Shown: in pieces, positions 46,127-60,877 of the stretch | Layout of the letters: each line of letters opens with the position of its first letter | Numbering within the stretch: position 1 is the stretch's first letter | Source of the DNA: the human T2T-CHM13v2.0 reference genome, Homo sapiens | DNA: 64,000 nucleotides | Assembly: GCF_009914755.1 (NCBI RefSeq) | Contig: NC_060935.1 | Strand: one strand, 5' to 3' | Made by a program: the position numbers and the translations under genes | Notes under the pieces: generated by a model | Databases searched by the model: none | The model's input: only the letters and a program-made list of their open reading frames with translations | What the model was told of the DNA's origin: nothing

Positions 46127-48455
46127 AGGACAGGTAAACTCATCCATCTACTGTGAGCTGCTGGCTTGGAGAACGACTTTTGAGGAGCCAGTTTCCTGAG
46201 GAGAAATGCTTTTATAAAGCACTCATTGCTTTGTAAAAGGAGACAAAACTGATCCTAAATGACCACTCCAGGGTTGCTGATTTTGTTTCTGGCTCATGTC
46301 TGCCTAGTAAACCACCAGCAAGCTGCTGAACCAGGCTGGAAACAACATTGTTGCAACTGGGAGGGACATAGAGTACTGTGAAAGCAGCGTTCCAACACAT
46401 CTTCACTTTTACAAAGGGATAGGCAGAGACTTCCAACATAGAGGTTCTTAAACTTCGAGGGGTTACAATCCCCTTGCAAATATTTTTATAGCTATGGACC
46501 CTCTCCTCAGATCTACAGCCAACATTTTCAGTGCACCTTAGGAGGTCATTTTAGTCCACGCCTCTGAAAAAGCTGCACTCCAACGGCTGAAGAGCAAGCC
46601 ATACGGCCGAGAATGGGGCTCCCTTTGCCTTCATGAAAGCTACTTCCCCCAACACTAAGACTCAGCTGTACGTTTGCTTAGCTCAGTCACATTTACATTC
46701 TTCTGGGTGAACTGTACCTTTTGAGTACCTGCCTTCATTTTCTAGAATCAGACCTAACAAGGTCAGTAGAAGCCTGGGCAGCAGCGGGCCTGGAAAGACG
46801 AGGCAGCCAGCATGAACTGCTGTTCTCTCCCTGACCACAAGGCGTCGTCTTCCTCCAGGGTCAAGTAATTGTTCTTGTTCCGCCTCACAGGAATGTGGGG
46901 AGGAAGGACGTTAACACTATAAAATGCTGCGTCCTACCTTAAACTTGTACTGTGAGAAAGCTGGAAACTTCCACCTGTACAGTGGGTCTGGTTTGCATGT
47001 TTAGTTTCATTTGTGGGAACTGCTTGTCCAAGAGTGAGCTCAGGTCAGGGCAGTTTGTGCCTATGAGAATTAGCTCAGCTATCAGGCAGGTTTTTAGACA
47101 CCTTTTTAAAATGTGCTCGTGTTTGGTTTGTTTTGCTTACTGTCAGTCCTGGGTCAATCAAAGGTTTGTAAGGGTGAGAATTTTTATGCACTGCTATATC
47201 GCAAGTGCTTAAAACAGAGACTGGCCCAGATGAGGCATTCTTCAAATGTTTGTTGAAATGAATGGACAAACTCTTAGGATAAATCCTAATTTGTTGGCAA
47301 CTGTTATTTGATTTTAGAAGGCAAACTGATTTTATTTTAGAGAGGGGAAGGGGAGGGGAGGCTCATTAGCCTCTTGGTAGAAAGAGGACTATTTCTGCAA
47401 ATGAATAGGTTTCCACCTTAAGTAGTGACAGTCCTTAACTTCTTATTATGGAGTGAGTCTTGACCGCTTTCCAAGTTCAATAGAAGTTCAAGATTGCCTC
47501 TCAGTGATTAGGGAAATTGAAGCTTTTAAAGCTCCTGGTCTCAGTAATTCCTCAGAATAAACCTCTTTAAAAGGGATATTGATGGAAATGTACAATTACC
47601 AGTAATTGAGGTTTTATCTGAGGGGATGGAGATGATGAAATGGTTCCTTCTTGGAAGTTGTTGGCATTTTGGCTTTATTTTTCACAAATAAAGTGAAACC
47701 ATTTAAAACGATTGACAACGATTATATAGTGCCATGTGGAATACAATAGATATTAATTTGTGGTTGGTTTTTCTGCCTGCTTTAAATGAAATGTATTATG
47801 TTTCTGGGTTCCTTTTTTAGCTGTAAAAATACTTCGTCACTAAAGCATGAAATTTAATCAGCAGTTGTTCTTCAAGTTCCTGAAAGCTATAAAAGTTTCT
47901 CATGACTTGAGTGGTTTTTTCCCTGCCCACCAGAGGAGAAAGCCCTTGTAGAATTCTGCAGTGTTACAAGTGTTCCCTACAAAAACTGAAACCATCAGCT
48001 CCTCTTTAACAAGTTGGCTTTTTAAAAGCACGTAATTACAATTTAATGGTATTCTGTAAAGTGGTGCTCTAGGCATAATTTAAATTCTTTTTAATGACTA
48101 TATTTCTTCAAAACTTTGAAAGAAAAATGTGTTCTTTTTGCTGCATCCTTTGTAAGAAGACTGCCAACAGAGGAAAAAGGACTTTACAAATTAAGACCAT
48201 CTTGGTTTCATTTCCACAAAGATGAGAACAAATCATGGTGTTAGGAAAGGATCCTTAGAAGAACACAAGAATTTGAAAGCCCTTGGTGGTTATCACTACT
48301 ATATTTCATATTTCCACAGAAGTGACTTAGCCAAGCTCTGCATTTTGAGCCTGCTGACTTTCATTTAAAAGGAATGAAAGGCTGAAAATCCAGGCTGCTG
48401 TGTCTGTAGATAAAGGTCAAACCATGTTTGAGTTCTTCACTGTTGTGTCCACCTA

Positions 48456-48461
48456 AATAAA
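48456..48461 (+). terminator. Candidate distal polyadenylation signal
   Basis: AATAAA followed about 20 nt later by a GT/T-rich tract (tgtcttaatatttcttgcc), at the end of a repeat-poor block. Confidence 0.5.
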
Positions 48462-48976
48462 ACTGAGTAAGTAATGAAAAATGTCTTAATATTTCTTGCC
48501 TTCCCTTTAGGGAGAGTCATTTCATGGAAGATGTAATGGGAGATGCATTCCAAAACGTCTTGAGGCTCATTGCTGTCTGCTGGAAACATAAAATTCCATA
48601 GGCTTCATGCTGCTTGCTAAAATCCAGCTGGCAGTGACTAAAGAAAGAGAGTCCTTGATTAAGGGCCCACAGATTCTGGAATTTCTAAAGCACAAATCAC
48701 TTGCTTTCTGATTGAGGATTGTTTGCCTGGGCTTGGGAAAAAAAGATCAGCAACCATGTGCTACTAAACATGGGTTCTCCTGCTCACCTCTCTCAAGAGG
48801 AGGACTCCTTTGTACAATGGTTAGTACAGCTTACTATTGTGGGTAATCAGAGCCATGTGAAATTTTAGTGCCATTCCTGGCATATCACAAATATAGTAAA
48901 TTCTCTCTAAGTGCTAGCTTTGACTATCTTGCTCACCAGCTATTCCCAGGGTGGCAACCCCAGGACCCTTGGATGT

Positions 48977-49355
48977 TGTATTAGTTTTCTATTGCTCCAT
49001 AACAAATTAATGCAAACTTAGCAGCTTAAAGCAATACACATATATCATCTTGCAGTTTCCTGGGTCAGGAATCTGGACACAGCTCAGCTAGGTCCTGTGC
49101 TCAGGGATTCACAGTGCTACAGCCTAGTTGTGGAAGGTTGTATTCTCATCTGGAAGGTCAACTGGGGAAAGAGCTGCTTCAAAGCTGCCTCAGGTTGTTG
49201 GCAGAATTCATTTTGCCTAACTCAGAATCAACTGATTTGGGACCTTAATCACATCTGCTAAAACCCTCCACCTTTGCCATATTATCTTGGCTAGAATCAA
49301 GTCACAGGTCCTGCCCACACTCTTAAGTGGGAGTCATGGGGCTACACTACACTCT
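48977..49355 (-). mobile_element. MLT1-family MaLR LTR
   Basis: tgtattagttttctattgctccataacaaatta...cagcttaaagcaatac...gggtcaggaatc. Confidence 0.65.
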
Positions 49356-51079
49356 GTCAGCACAGATAACCTAAATCCTACCCAGTCTGTCTCAGAGACC
49401 TGTAGCTTTACCCCCTTAACAGTCTTCTGAGGCCGGCCTCTGTTCCCAGTGGTGTCATTCAGGCCCTTGTCTCTCCTGAATTCCTCTGATAGTCTTACTG
49501 TATCTAACCCAGCTAACACATTTTCTGTCTGTGGACTTTCTAGAATGCAGCAGTGATCATGCAAACTCTCCCTACCATTCCACCATCAGCACTTTTAAAT
49601 CCCTTGGGACTCTTCGTGGCTTTCAGGACAAAGAACAACCTTGTTTCTTAGACCATACAAGGCCCCACCTCTTGAAGATCATCACATAGCCACTACTCTC
49701 CCTCTCATCTCTTACACAGCCTCGTGCACTGTTTCTTAAAAGCCTCTCTGCTTTCTCGGATGCTGTCTGTCCTCATCCGCCTCATACATTCTATTCAGAA
49801 GTCACCTCCAGCCTCCCCAGCAGGAAGTATTCGTGACCTGCCACTCCCTTTGTCCTGACTTAGATGCCCTCTGTGCTTGCTATTGCTCCTTGCCTCAGTG
49901 CTTAGCACTCTGCACTACGTTGATGGCTTTGTCTGTCTCCCCCTGTCTTGGAGGCCCCTTGAGGCTGGATGGTGCCTTCCACATCCCTGTGCTCCCAGCA
50001 CCTGGCACACAGCCTGATGCCCATGTGCTGAGGGATTATTTAGACCCCCATCTGCCGCCATGAATGCCTTCTGAACATGTCCAGAGTGGGTGACAGCATC
50101 AGGTTAGAAGTGAATTCTTCCCCCAGGCCTTATCCATCTCTATCACGACGACTCCTACTTTGCCCAATTTGAAGTGGCCAAGTACAGCTCATCCTGTATT
50201 TCCTTCTCCTATTTTAGTAATTGAGGGCTTAACCTGAAGGCTTGCTGAAGCACTTCTAAGAAACTTCTCATGGTGGTGGTTTCTCCCCTCTGCACCCATG
50301 CTAATTTACATCTGAGTGGCCTCACTTTTCTAAGAGTTCTAACATTGACCAGCTTATTTGAACTCCACAGTTGGGTGTGCTATTGATCTGAGATACTTAA
50401 TGCCATTGTGGTAAGAATAATGATGGCTTTTCTGTTCATAATTTGTGTCCACCCAGGGAAGATGTTTATGAAGTTTTCCCCCACCCCACATCCCCCTCCT
50501 ACCATCACCCAGTGCTGAGAGCAGAGGAGGAAGGAGAGAAGCCAAGGTGGAGGCTACCGACCTGTGTCCCCCTTGATAAAACCAAATTACAGTAACTAAA
50601 CTGCACATGAGACAATTTGCTGATCAGATCCTACCTCTTCTCCCCTCATATAATGCCAGTGTTCTGAATTCCCCTCTTTGAAAGAGGAGTGGAAAGGAAA
50701 GGCCCAAATGCTCCTCTGTGGTACACCAGAGACTGTGGAGACCCCTCAGGGGAAGGAGAAGCACACCAAGCCCATGAATGAGGAAAAGTCAAAATAAATC
50801 TTCCCAAGAGCCCTGTTCCATTATTGCAATGTACCTTTTCTCAGACACAAGGAAATGGAAACAACTAAAGTGTTACCAAAAAATCACTTCCAAATTCCCA
50901 GAAATGAAATTCACATTACCTCAGGAAGCAAAGAATCCAATAATAAAACCCAAGCTTTCATGGAAGATTCAGGAACGTAAAAGGCAATGTTCTCAAGGTA
51001 ATTTCATAGGTAGAGACTCCTAAAGAGATTTGTCTCATTTGTTCATTTTGAATATCAGAACTGTTACAAAGGAAGCTTG

Positions 51080-51930
51080 TTTTTTTTTTGAATGTTAGAA
51101 ATTTCTTTATTATTACTTATTAAGCGCCAGCTTAATGCTGCAGAAAATTTCAAATTACCCTTGATAACCCACTTTCTTTTCTCCCACCCAAATTCTTGAT
51201 CAAGAGTTTTTCAAGTAAAGACATGCTCTTCTCTCTTCTGTATAAAACTTTACGAAATAAAGGCAAAAGATTGTGTACATCTTGATGGAAAATGCTGCCC
51301 AGGGCTCTGGAGACGGTGGCTGCCCGGGCTACCTTCACTGCCCAGGTCCTGAAAGACTCTTATTCATGAACTGTCTCTTCACAAAGCAAGTCCACCACTT
51401 GCTGGGTTTATCATTCTGAGGGTCGAAAACTTTCTCACAAAGTCTCAGTCCAGTCTCTTGCTTTAGCTGTTGTAAATAGGCTCTCATCACTTCATCTTCC
51501 TGTTTGTTTGCAGGTTTGGCATAAATTGCGTTAAGTAGAAAACCAGGCTTTCCAGGAATGGGAAAATTAGTGATTCCCAGTGTATACATTTCTTTCTCAC
51601 CTTGGCTTTTGGAATTGCACTTTTGGAGTTTCTTCAGACATTCAGAAATGTAGAGAGTTATATATATCATTATATATTATCAAGGTCCTATCAGCTTCAT
51701 TCTTAATTTCATAGTTTTTGAAGAAGATATTGGCCTTGAAGTAATAGATGCTTCATCCACAATATCTGTATCTTTTGTCTCTCTGGGGGCAGGTCGTTTG
51801 AATTGACTTCTGATAGGCAACAGTGCCTTGTTTCCGATGAGTTTGATGTCAGGTTCCATGAGAGAAGAGTGGTAAGCCAGCATCTTGGCGGCGCCCGGGT
51901 TTCAACCCAGAGGAGCAGGATCGGAAGCAT
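51080..51930 (-). pseudogene. ARPC3P3: ARPC3 (Arp2/3 subunit p21-ARC) processed pseudogene
   Basis: Intronless. [28 protein letters not shown]... and [17 protein letters not shown]...NKSLSGPGQ* match ARPC3. ATG 51883-51881 in GCCGCCAAGATG context, stop at 51335, poly(A) remnant 51080-51089, frameshifts. The P3 numbering is from memory. Confidence 0.95.
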
Positions 51931-52004
51931 TGTTAAGTACAGAGGTCTTTGGAGTTCCTTATCATCTTTGTAAGTAACCCATGAGATAAGGGAAGCTTCA
52001 TTTA

Positions 52005-55358
<3,354 letters not shown>

Positions 55359-55745
55359 CCAGACTATTTTATGCACATCTGTTCCCACCTAATGAAGTGC
55401 TTCACTGTCCCTGTGTCCTTGTCAGTGTCTTTCTTTTGGCCTGGAATTCTCTTCCCTTAGAGATCGGTCTCCTTTCTGCAAGATTAAGTTGCCCTCTAAG
55501 CAGAATTGGTTAACTGGATGCATATTCTCGCCTGCTCACAGTGATGCAAACTAACTACCTCCTCCCTTTGAGGCTTTTTTATCTGAAATAAACGAGTAAG
55601 AACTGGGCTGCTTCCCCAGTGCCCACACTGTCTTGCCTTAATTGTCATTATTGATGTTTATTTTGTTTTGTTTTGCTGCTAGTCCTTCTCATAAAGGCTA
55701 CAAGTCTGTTAAATTCAGGCATCTTAGTGCCTTTTTAGTAGTCTT

Positions 55746-55995
55746 TGTTAAAGAAAAGTTGTTCGATGCACTTGTTAAAGCATGGGACAGCAAACTTTAT
55801 TCAGGACCATCACAACAGGTATCAGGACCACTGCAATGGGATTTCACAGTGGGAGAGATTGGGCTCAACTTCGAATACAGCATGGGCAAGTGGAAATTTA
55901 TAACCAAGAAGCAGGATGGGGGTCATTGGATGGAAAATTACTAAGAGGAACCATCAGAAGTTAAGGAGATTCTCGCCAACTCAACCTAACAGTAG
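55746..55995. mobile_element. MER31-like ERV LTR fragment
   Basis: tgttaaagaaaa...actttattcaggaccatc...gagattgggctcaact. Confidence 0.5.
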
Positions 55996-57723
55996 GAGCA
56001 AATAATCTGTCAACCTCCCCACCCCAACCTCAGTCTAGCAACATGCTGAGCACACAGCAAGCTGAGGGGAGATGGATGGAAGCTGAAAGTCAGTGTGTGG
56101 GTGATGTAGTGTTTCACCCCTCTGAGAGCAAACTACAGGTGCTCATTCTTTAACCTGTGAAGTGGAGAAAGCAATGTAATAAGAGCACATGGTAGAGTCC
56201 CTCCAAAAGTTTTCCCATCAGATGAGCTTTCTAAGTCATAGACTCCCACTGCCTAAGTGGAGAAAAATTCATACCCTATTTTCTCCCAGCCTAGTGCTCC
56301 CTTCACCATCCTGTGCCTTCCTCCAAGCCTGCAATCTGTGCCAGGTGATTCATCTCCCACTTGGCCCAAGGATGGTCTTTGTGCAGCACATCAACTGAGA
56401 AGCTGGGCTCGTATTCAAGCCAGTGAGTCATCCCTGAGCATTGATCAGGTTGGGGCAGGGAACCAAGGGTTGGTGGGCTTTTCCCTAGATAGGAAACTCA
56501 TGAGGAAATAGCCTTCATGACTTCAGACTCAGTTGCAGAGTGAAGTTGGTATTCATTCATTCAACAAAGGGTTTTTCAAACACCTGCTATCTGGTATTGG
56601 GCATATTAAGGTGAAAAATCCAGCAAGCCTCTGGGGTCATGGAGTTTGCTGGGAATTATGGTGGCAAAAAGGAAAAGGAAGACCAAGAAAGCCTAAAGCT
56701 TTGTTTCCATCTATAATTTCGCCTCTCTGAGCCATTTGCCCAGTGAGGGGCTTGGACTAAACAACCTCTAGAATCTATTTGTCTGTGTCTCTGTGGTCTA
56801 TGTCTTCTTTCATCGTGTCCCACACTAGATCCCTGGGAATCCAGATGGAAAGAAGGAAGGAAATTAGTATTTGTTGAGTGCCTACATGCCAGGCATTAAA
56901 CAGTGCATATTAGCTCATTAAATCTTCACAATCCAGTGAGGATGTTCCTTTAGTTTTGGGGTGAGGGACATTAAGGGAATGGGTTCTCAAGACAAGCTGC
57001 CTGAGTTCTGGCCTGAGGCTGCCCGCTGACCTGCGTGACCTGAGTTCTTGACTCCTCTGGGCCTTAGTTCCCTCCTGTATGACAGAAAGTCATGGATTTT
57101 GACGAGGGCTGAAGTCGATTAAACAAAGGCAGTAAACGTAATGCCGGCACATAATAAACACTCAATCCCTCAGTCTTTTTTAAGTCTAGCAGCATTTTCT
57201 TTATTCACATCGTAAGCCATGTTTGAAAAACGAGAAAATCCCAAACTATTGGAGCATTACAGACAGGCGATTTAGCATATTGAGAAAGCCCAATTTGAGT
57301 TTTGATATCAGAAAATCTGGTTTGGAGTCTTAGCTCTAATACTTCCAAGAGGTGACCCAGTGAGTCACTTAAAATGTTTTCCCTGTACCAGTGTCTACTC
57401 CTCAGGGTTGTTGTGAGGATTCAATGAGAATGATGTACCTGGCACTCTACAGGAGCTCAACAATAGCTATTTATCTTACCTCAAATAGAAACCCATTTAC
57501 AATAGTTAAGTGAAAAGGACGTCATTTCGAGCTGCTGCTCAGAACCCAATGGAGGCGAATTCAGCTGGGAAAGGATACTGGAAAGGCTATTGCTAAGACA
57601 GAAAAACTCGACCTCATCCAAGAGCAGCGAGACACCCTACCCTCAACCCCCAGGTTTTGTCACTGGGCCCTGTGTGAGTGGCAGCAAAGATGGCAGAGTT
57701 GTGAAGGTGCCGTGGGCATTTTT

Positions 57724-57754
57724 GGAATGACTCAAGAACATCTGTGACTCAGCA
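57724..57754 (+). promoter_or_regulatory. Candidate enhancer motif cluster (TEAD + AP-1 + ARE)
   Basis: GGAATG 57724-57729 overlaps TGACTCA 57728-57734; GTGACTCAGCA at 57744-57754. Confidence 0.4.
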
Positions 57755-58115
57755 CGGGCAACAGCCAGATGGACCTTGTGGGTGTGAACCTCCCGAGCAT
57801 TTGGAGCGGAGGCTGGAGAAGCTACCCAGGGAACCCCAGCCCCCAGGCCCATTGTGCAAACCCGCGTGGGCACTGCCGGAGACACACACTCTGCCTGCTT
57901 CAGCGCTCCTCTCCCCGGGCCAGGGCTGCCAGCTCATCCTGCCCTGCCTGGCTGGGGTGGCAGAAGGTGAATCCCAAAACAGGCCACTGGCTCCTCTCAT
58001 TTTCTACTCCTTTCTCTTTTGTCATTTATTAGTTTTAGTTTTAATTTTCAAAGATGATGCAAGCTATTGATGAGTATACATTTATTGCAAAAGAAAATCG
58101 GATAATATAGAAATA

Positions 58116-58436
58116 TAGTCATGCATCACTTAACAATGTAGATACAGTCTGAGAAATGCTTCTTTATGTGATTCTGTCATGTGAACATCGTGGAGAACTT
58201 ACCCAAACCTAGCTACTATAACCTAGATCGTATAACCATATGATGCAGCCTATTGCTCCTGGGCTACACACCTGTACGGCATGTTACTGTACTGAATTCT
58301 GTAACACAGCATTAAGTATGTGTGTATCTATCAACTCTAAACGTAGAAAAGGTGCAGTAATACCTTAAAAATAAGGTATGTTGTATGTGCAGTCTGTCCT
58401 CAACCGAAATGTTATCACTATGCAATGCTTGACTGT
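58116..58436. mobile_element. Tigger3a-like
   Basis: agtcatgcatcacttaacaa...ctgagaaatgc...ctcctgggctacacacctgtac...tgactg. Confidence 0.75.
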
Positions 58437-58989
58437 CTATGGAGTGAGGGTCCTCCATGCATTGCTGCCTTTCATAAGCCCAGTCTGGACTGCCCAGCAG
58501 AGTCACAGTTATCACCAGAGTGTCCACCTCCTTGCTCGTCTTGAGGTCTTATACTTTGCACCAAGCTGCCTTGGTCACCTGTTTAATGATTTTAGGACTG
58601 AATTGTTTCAGAAGGGAAAGAGCATCATAATTTTCTGACACATATTTAAGCATATTTTTCTATCAACATGTAACATTTTGGTCAAGTGCCACTAGTTTGA
58701 GGAATTCTTTTTCAACTGGATTTAAAGAGGCTCTGAAGGCCAGCAGATGCAGTTTTGCTGCACAACTTAAAGAACTTCCTTGATCTTCTAACAACACAAT
58801 ATTCAACCAAGAAATAATGATAATATCACTTACTCCAGAAGACTCTTGTGAGGGTTAAAAGAGGGAACAGATGTCAGCAACTACAATGCCTGGCACAGGT
58901 GAAGCCTAATATTAGTTCTGGTTATTTTATTAGAATCTGTTGTTGGCCTTACAGTAGAACTCTCAGTAATTTTTTACCGTATTTTCATG

Positions 58990-59088
58990 TTTTATTTTTT
59001 TATTTTTTTATTTTTGAGATGGAGTTTCGCTCTTGTCGTCCAGGCCAAAGTGCAGTGGCGTGATCTCGACTCACTGCAACCTCCGCCT
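58990..59088 (-). mobile_element. Truncated Alu 3' fragment
   Basis: T-tail, gagatggagtttcgctcttgtc...ctgcaacctccgcctc, then abrupt end. Confidence 0.8.
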
Positions 59089-60097
59089 CACAAGTTCTCT
59101 CTTCTTAGCTCACCTCCACCCTGGGGTCCCCTCTTTCTTCCTGCAGCCCCCAGAACAAGCCGACAACCAACCTGCCCTCAGATAACTCCCCATCATGTCA
59201 TCAGAAGAGACATGCACTCAGGTGGTGGTGCACAGGCTTAGGGGGCAGGCGGGAAGTCTCCTGGCCCTAGGAAAAGTTTCCTTCACAAAGCACCTGCTGT
59301 GGTAGGTGCTTTGCTAAAGCACACAGTCTAAATGAACTAGTTTACCCCTTACTATGTAATAATGAGTAGGTTGGCACCCTCCCCAGAAGAGTAAACAGAA
59401 GCCTGGGAGCTCCATGACCTGCCCAAACCACACGGCCAGGATCTAATCCTGGGCCAGCCTGACTCGAAAACCCGAGTCATGTCAGTGCTAACTGTGACCA
59501 GAGGACTGCTTGCATCAGAATATGTGGACATGCTTGTTAAAAAGGCAGATTCCTGGGCCTCTCCACAGACCCACTGAGTCAGGACCTCTGGGGCAGGGCC
59601 TGGGGATGTGCATTTATCACACCTTCCTGGTGACTCTGAAACATACCAACATCTGAGAATCCCTGCCCTGTGCTGTACTGCCTGCCTGTGCACTGAACCA
59701 GGGGGACCCAGCAGAAGACAGCTAGGAGAAGGGGAAGTTGTTCCAGAAGGATCAGAATCTGTCAACACCTGTTTATTAGGAAGATCTAGTGGCGTTTTTG
59801 GGAACCAAAGGAACAATGAAGGTCCCTGAGGACACCCCCACTATAGGCCATGCTAGAGGCCTGGTGCCCTGCACACATTTCTAGCTCCTTTCACCAGTTC
59901 CAAGAAAAGACAGTGTTCTGAGAGGGCACGTACATTCACAGAAGCAACAAGGCAGCACCAGCTGTGGCCCACTGGACTATCTTGGCTGCCCACCCTGACT
60001 CAAGGGCTGGGCATCCCTGATGGCCCTGTGCACCCCACCCCCATGAGTGTAGCCCACCCTGAACTGGGGCTGAGTGCTGCCAATGTGGTTGGCCCTC

Positions 60098-60445
60098 TGA
60101 TAGGGTTTGGCTGTGTCCCTACCCAAATCTCAACTTGAATTGTATCTCCCAGAATTCCCATGTGTTGTGAGAGGGACCCAGCAGAGATAATTGAATCATG
60201 GGGGCTGGTCTTTCCTGTGCTATTCTCGTGATAGTGAGTAAGTCTCACGAGAACTGGTGGGTTTATCAGGGGTTTTCGCTTTTGCTTCTTCCTTATCGTC
60301 TCTTGCCACTGCCATGTAAGAACTGCCTTTTGCCCTCTGCCATGATTGTGAGACCTCCCAGCTATGATGGACTGTAAGTAAAATTAAACCTCCTTTTCTT
60401 CCCAGTCTTGGGTATGTATCAGCAGCGTGAAAACGGACTAATACA
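60098..60445 (+). mobile_element. THE1 MaLR solo LTR
   Basis: tgatagggtttggctgtgtcc...aattaaacctc...gactaataca. Confidence 0.9.
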
Positions 60446-60516
60446 CATCCTTAGTTGGAAGGGAGCCAGAGGGGTCAGAAACATCCTTTATGGTGGAGGG
60501 GGCACTTTATGTTGGT

Positions 60517-60877
60517 TGTCTAAGTGAGTTTGGGCTGCTAGAACATGAACACCACAGACTGGGTGACTTAACAGAAATGTATTCCTCACAGTATGAAGTC
60601 TGGGAAGTCTAAGATCAAAGTGCTGGCTGATTTGGTTGTTGGTGAGAGCTCACTTCCTGGTTTGTGGAGGGATGCCTTCTCACAGTATCCTCACGTGACT
60701 GAGGGAAAGCTAGCTCACTCCCTGGCTGCTCCTTAAAAGACACTCATCCCATTCATGAGGGCTCTACCCTCATGATCTAATTACCCCCCAAAGGTTCCAC
60801 CTCTAGACACTATCACATTGGGGATTACAGCTTCAAAATATAAATTTTGGTGAGACACATACATTTGGTCCATAGCA
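60517..60877 (-). mobile_element. MLT1A-like MaLR LTR
   Basis: gggctgctagaaca..caccacagactgggtgacttaac...ccctcatgatctaattacc...ccatagca. Confidence 0.75.

Noticed and set aside
46240-46292. C/D snoRNA-like stem with CTGA
   Set aside because: No proper C box (RTGATGA) and only ~50 nt long.
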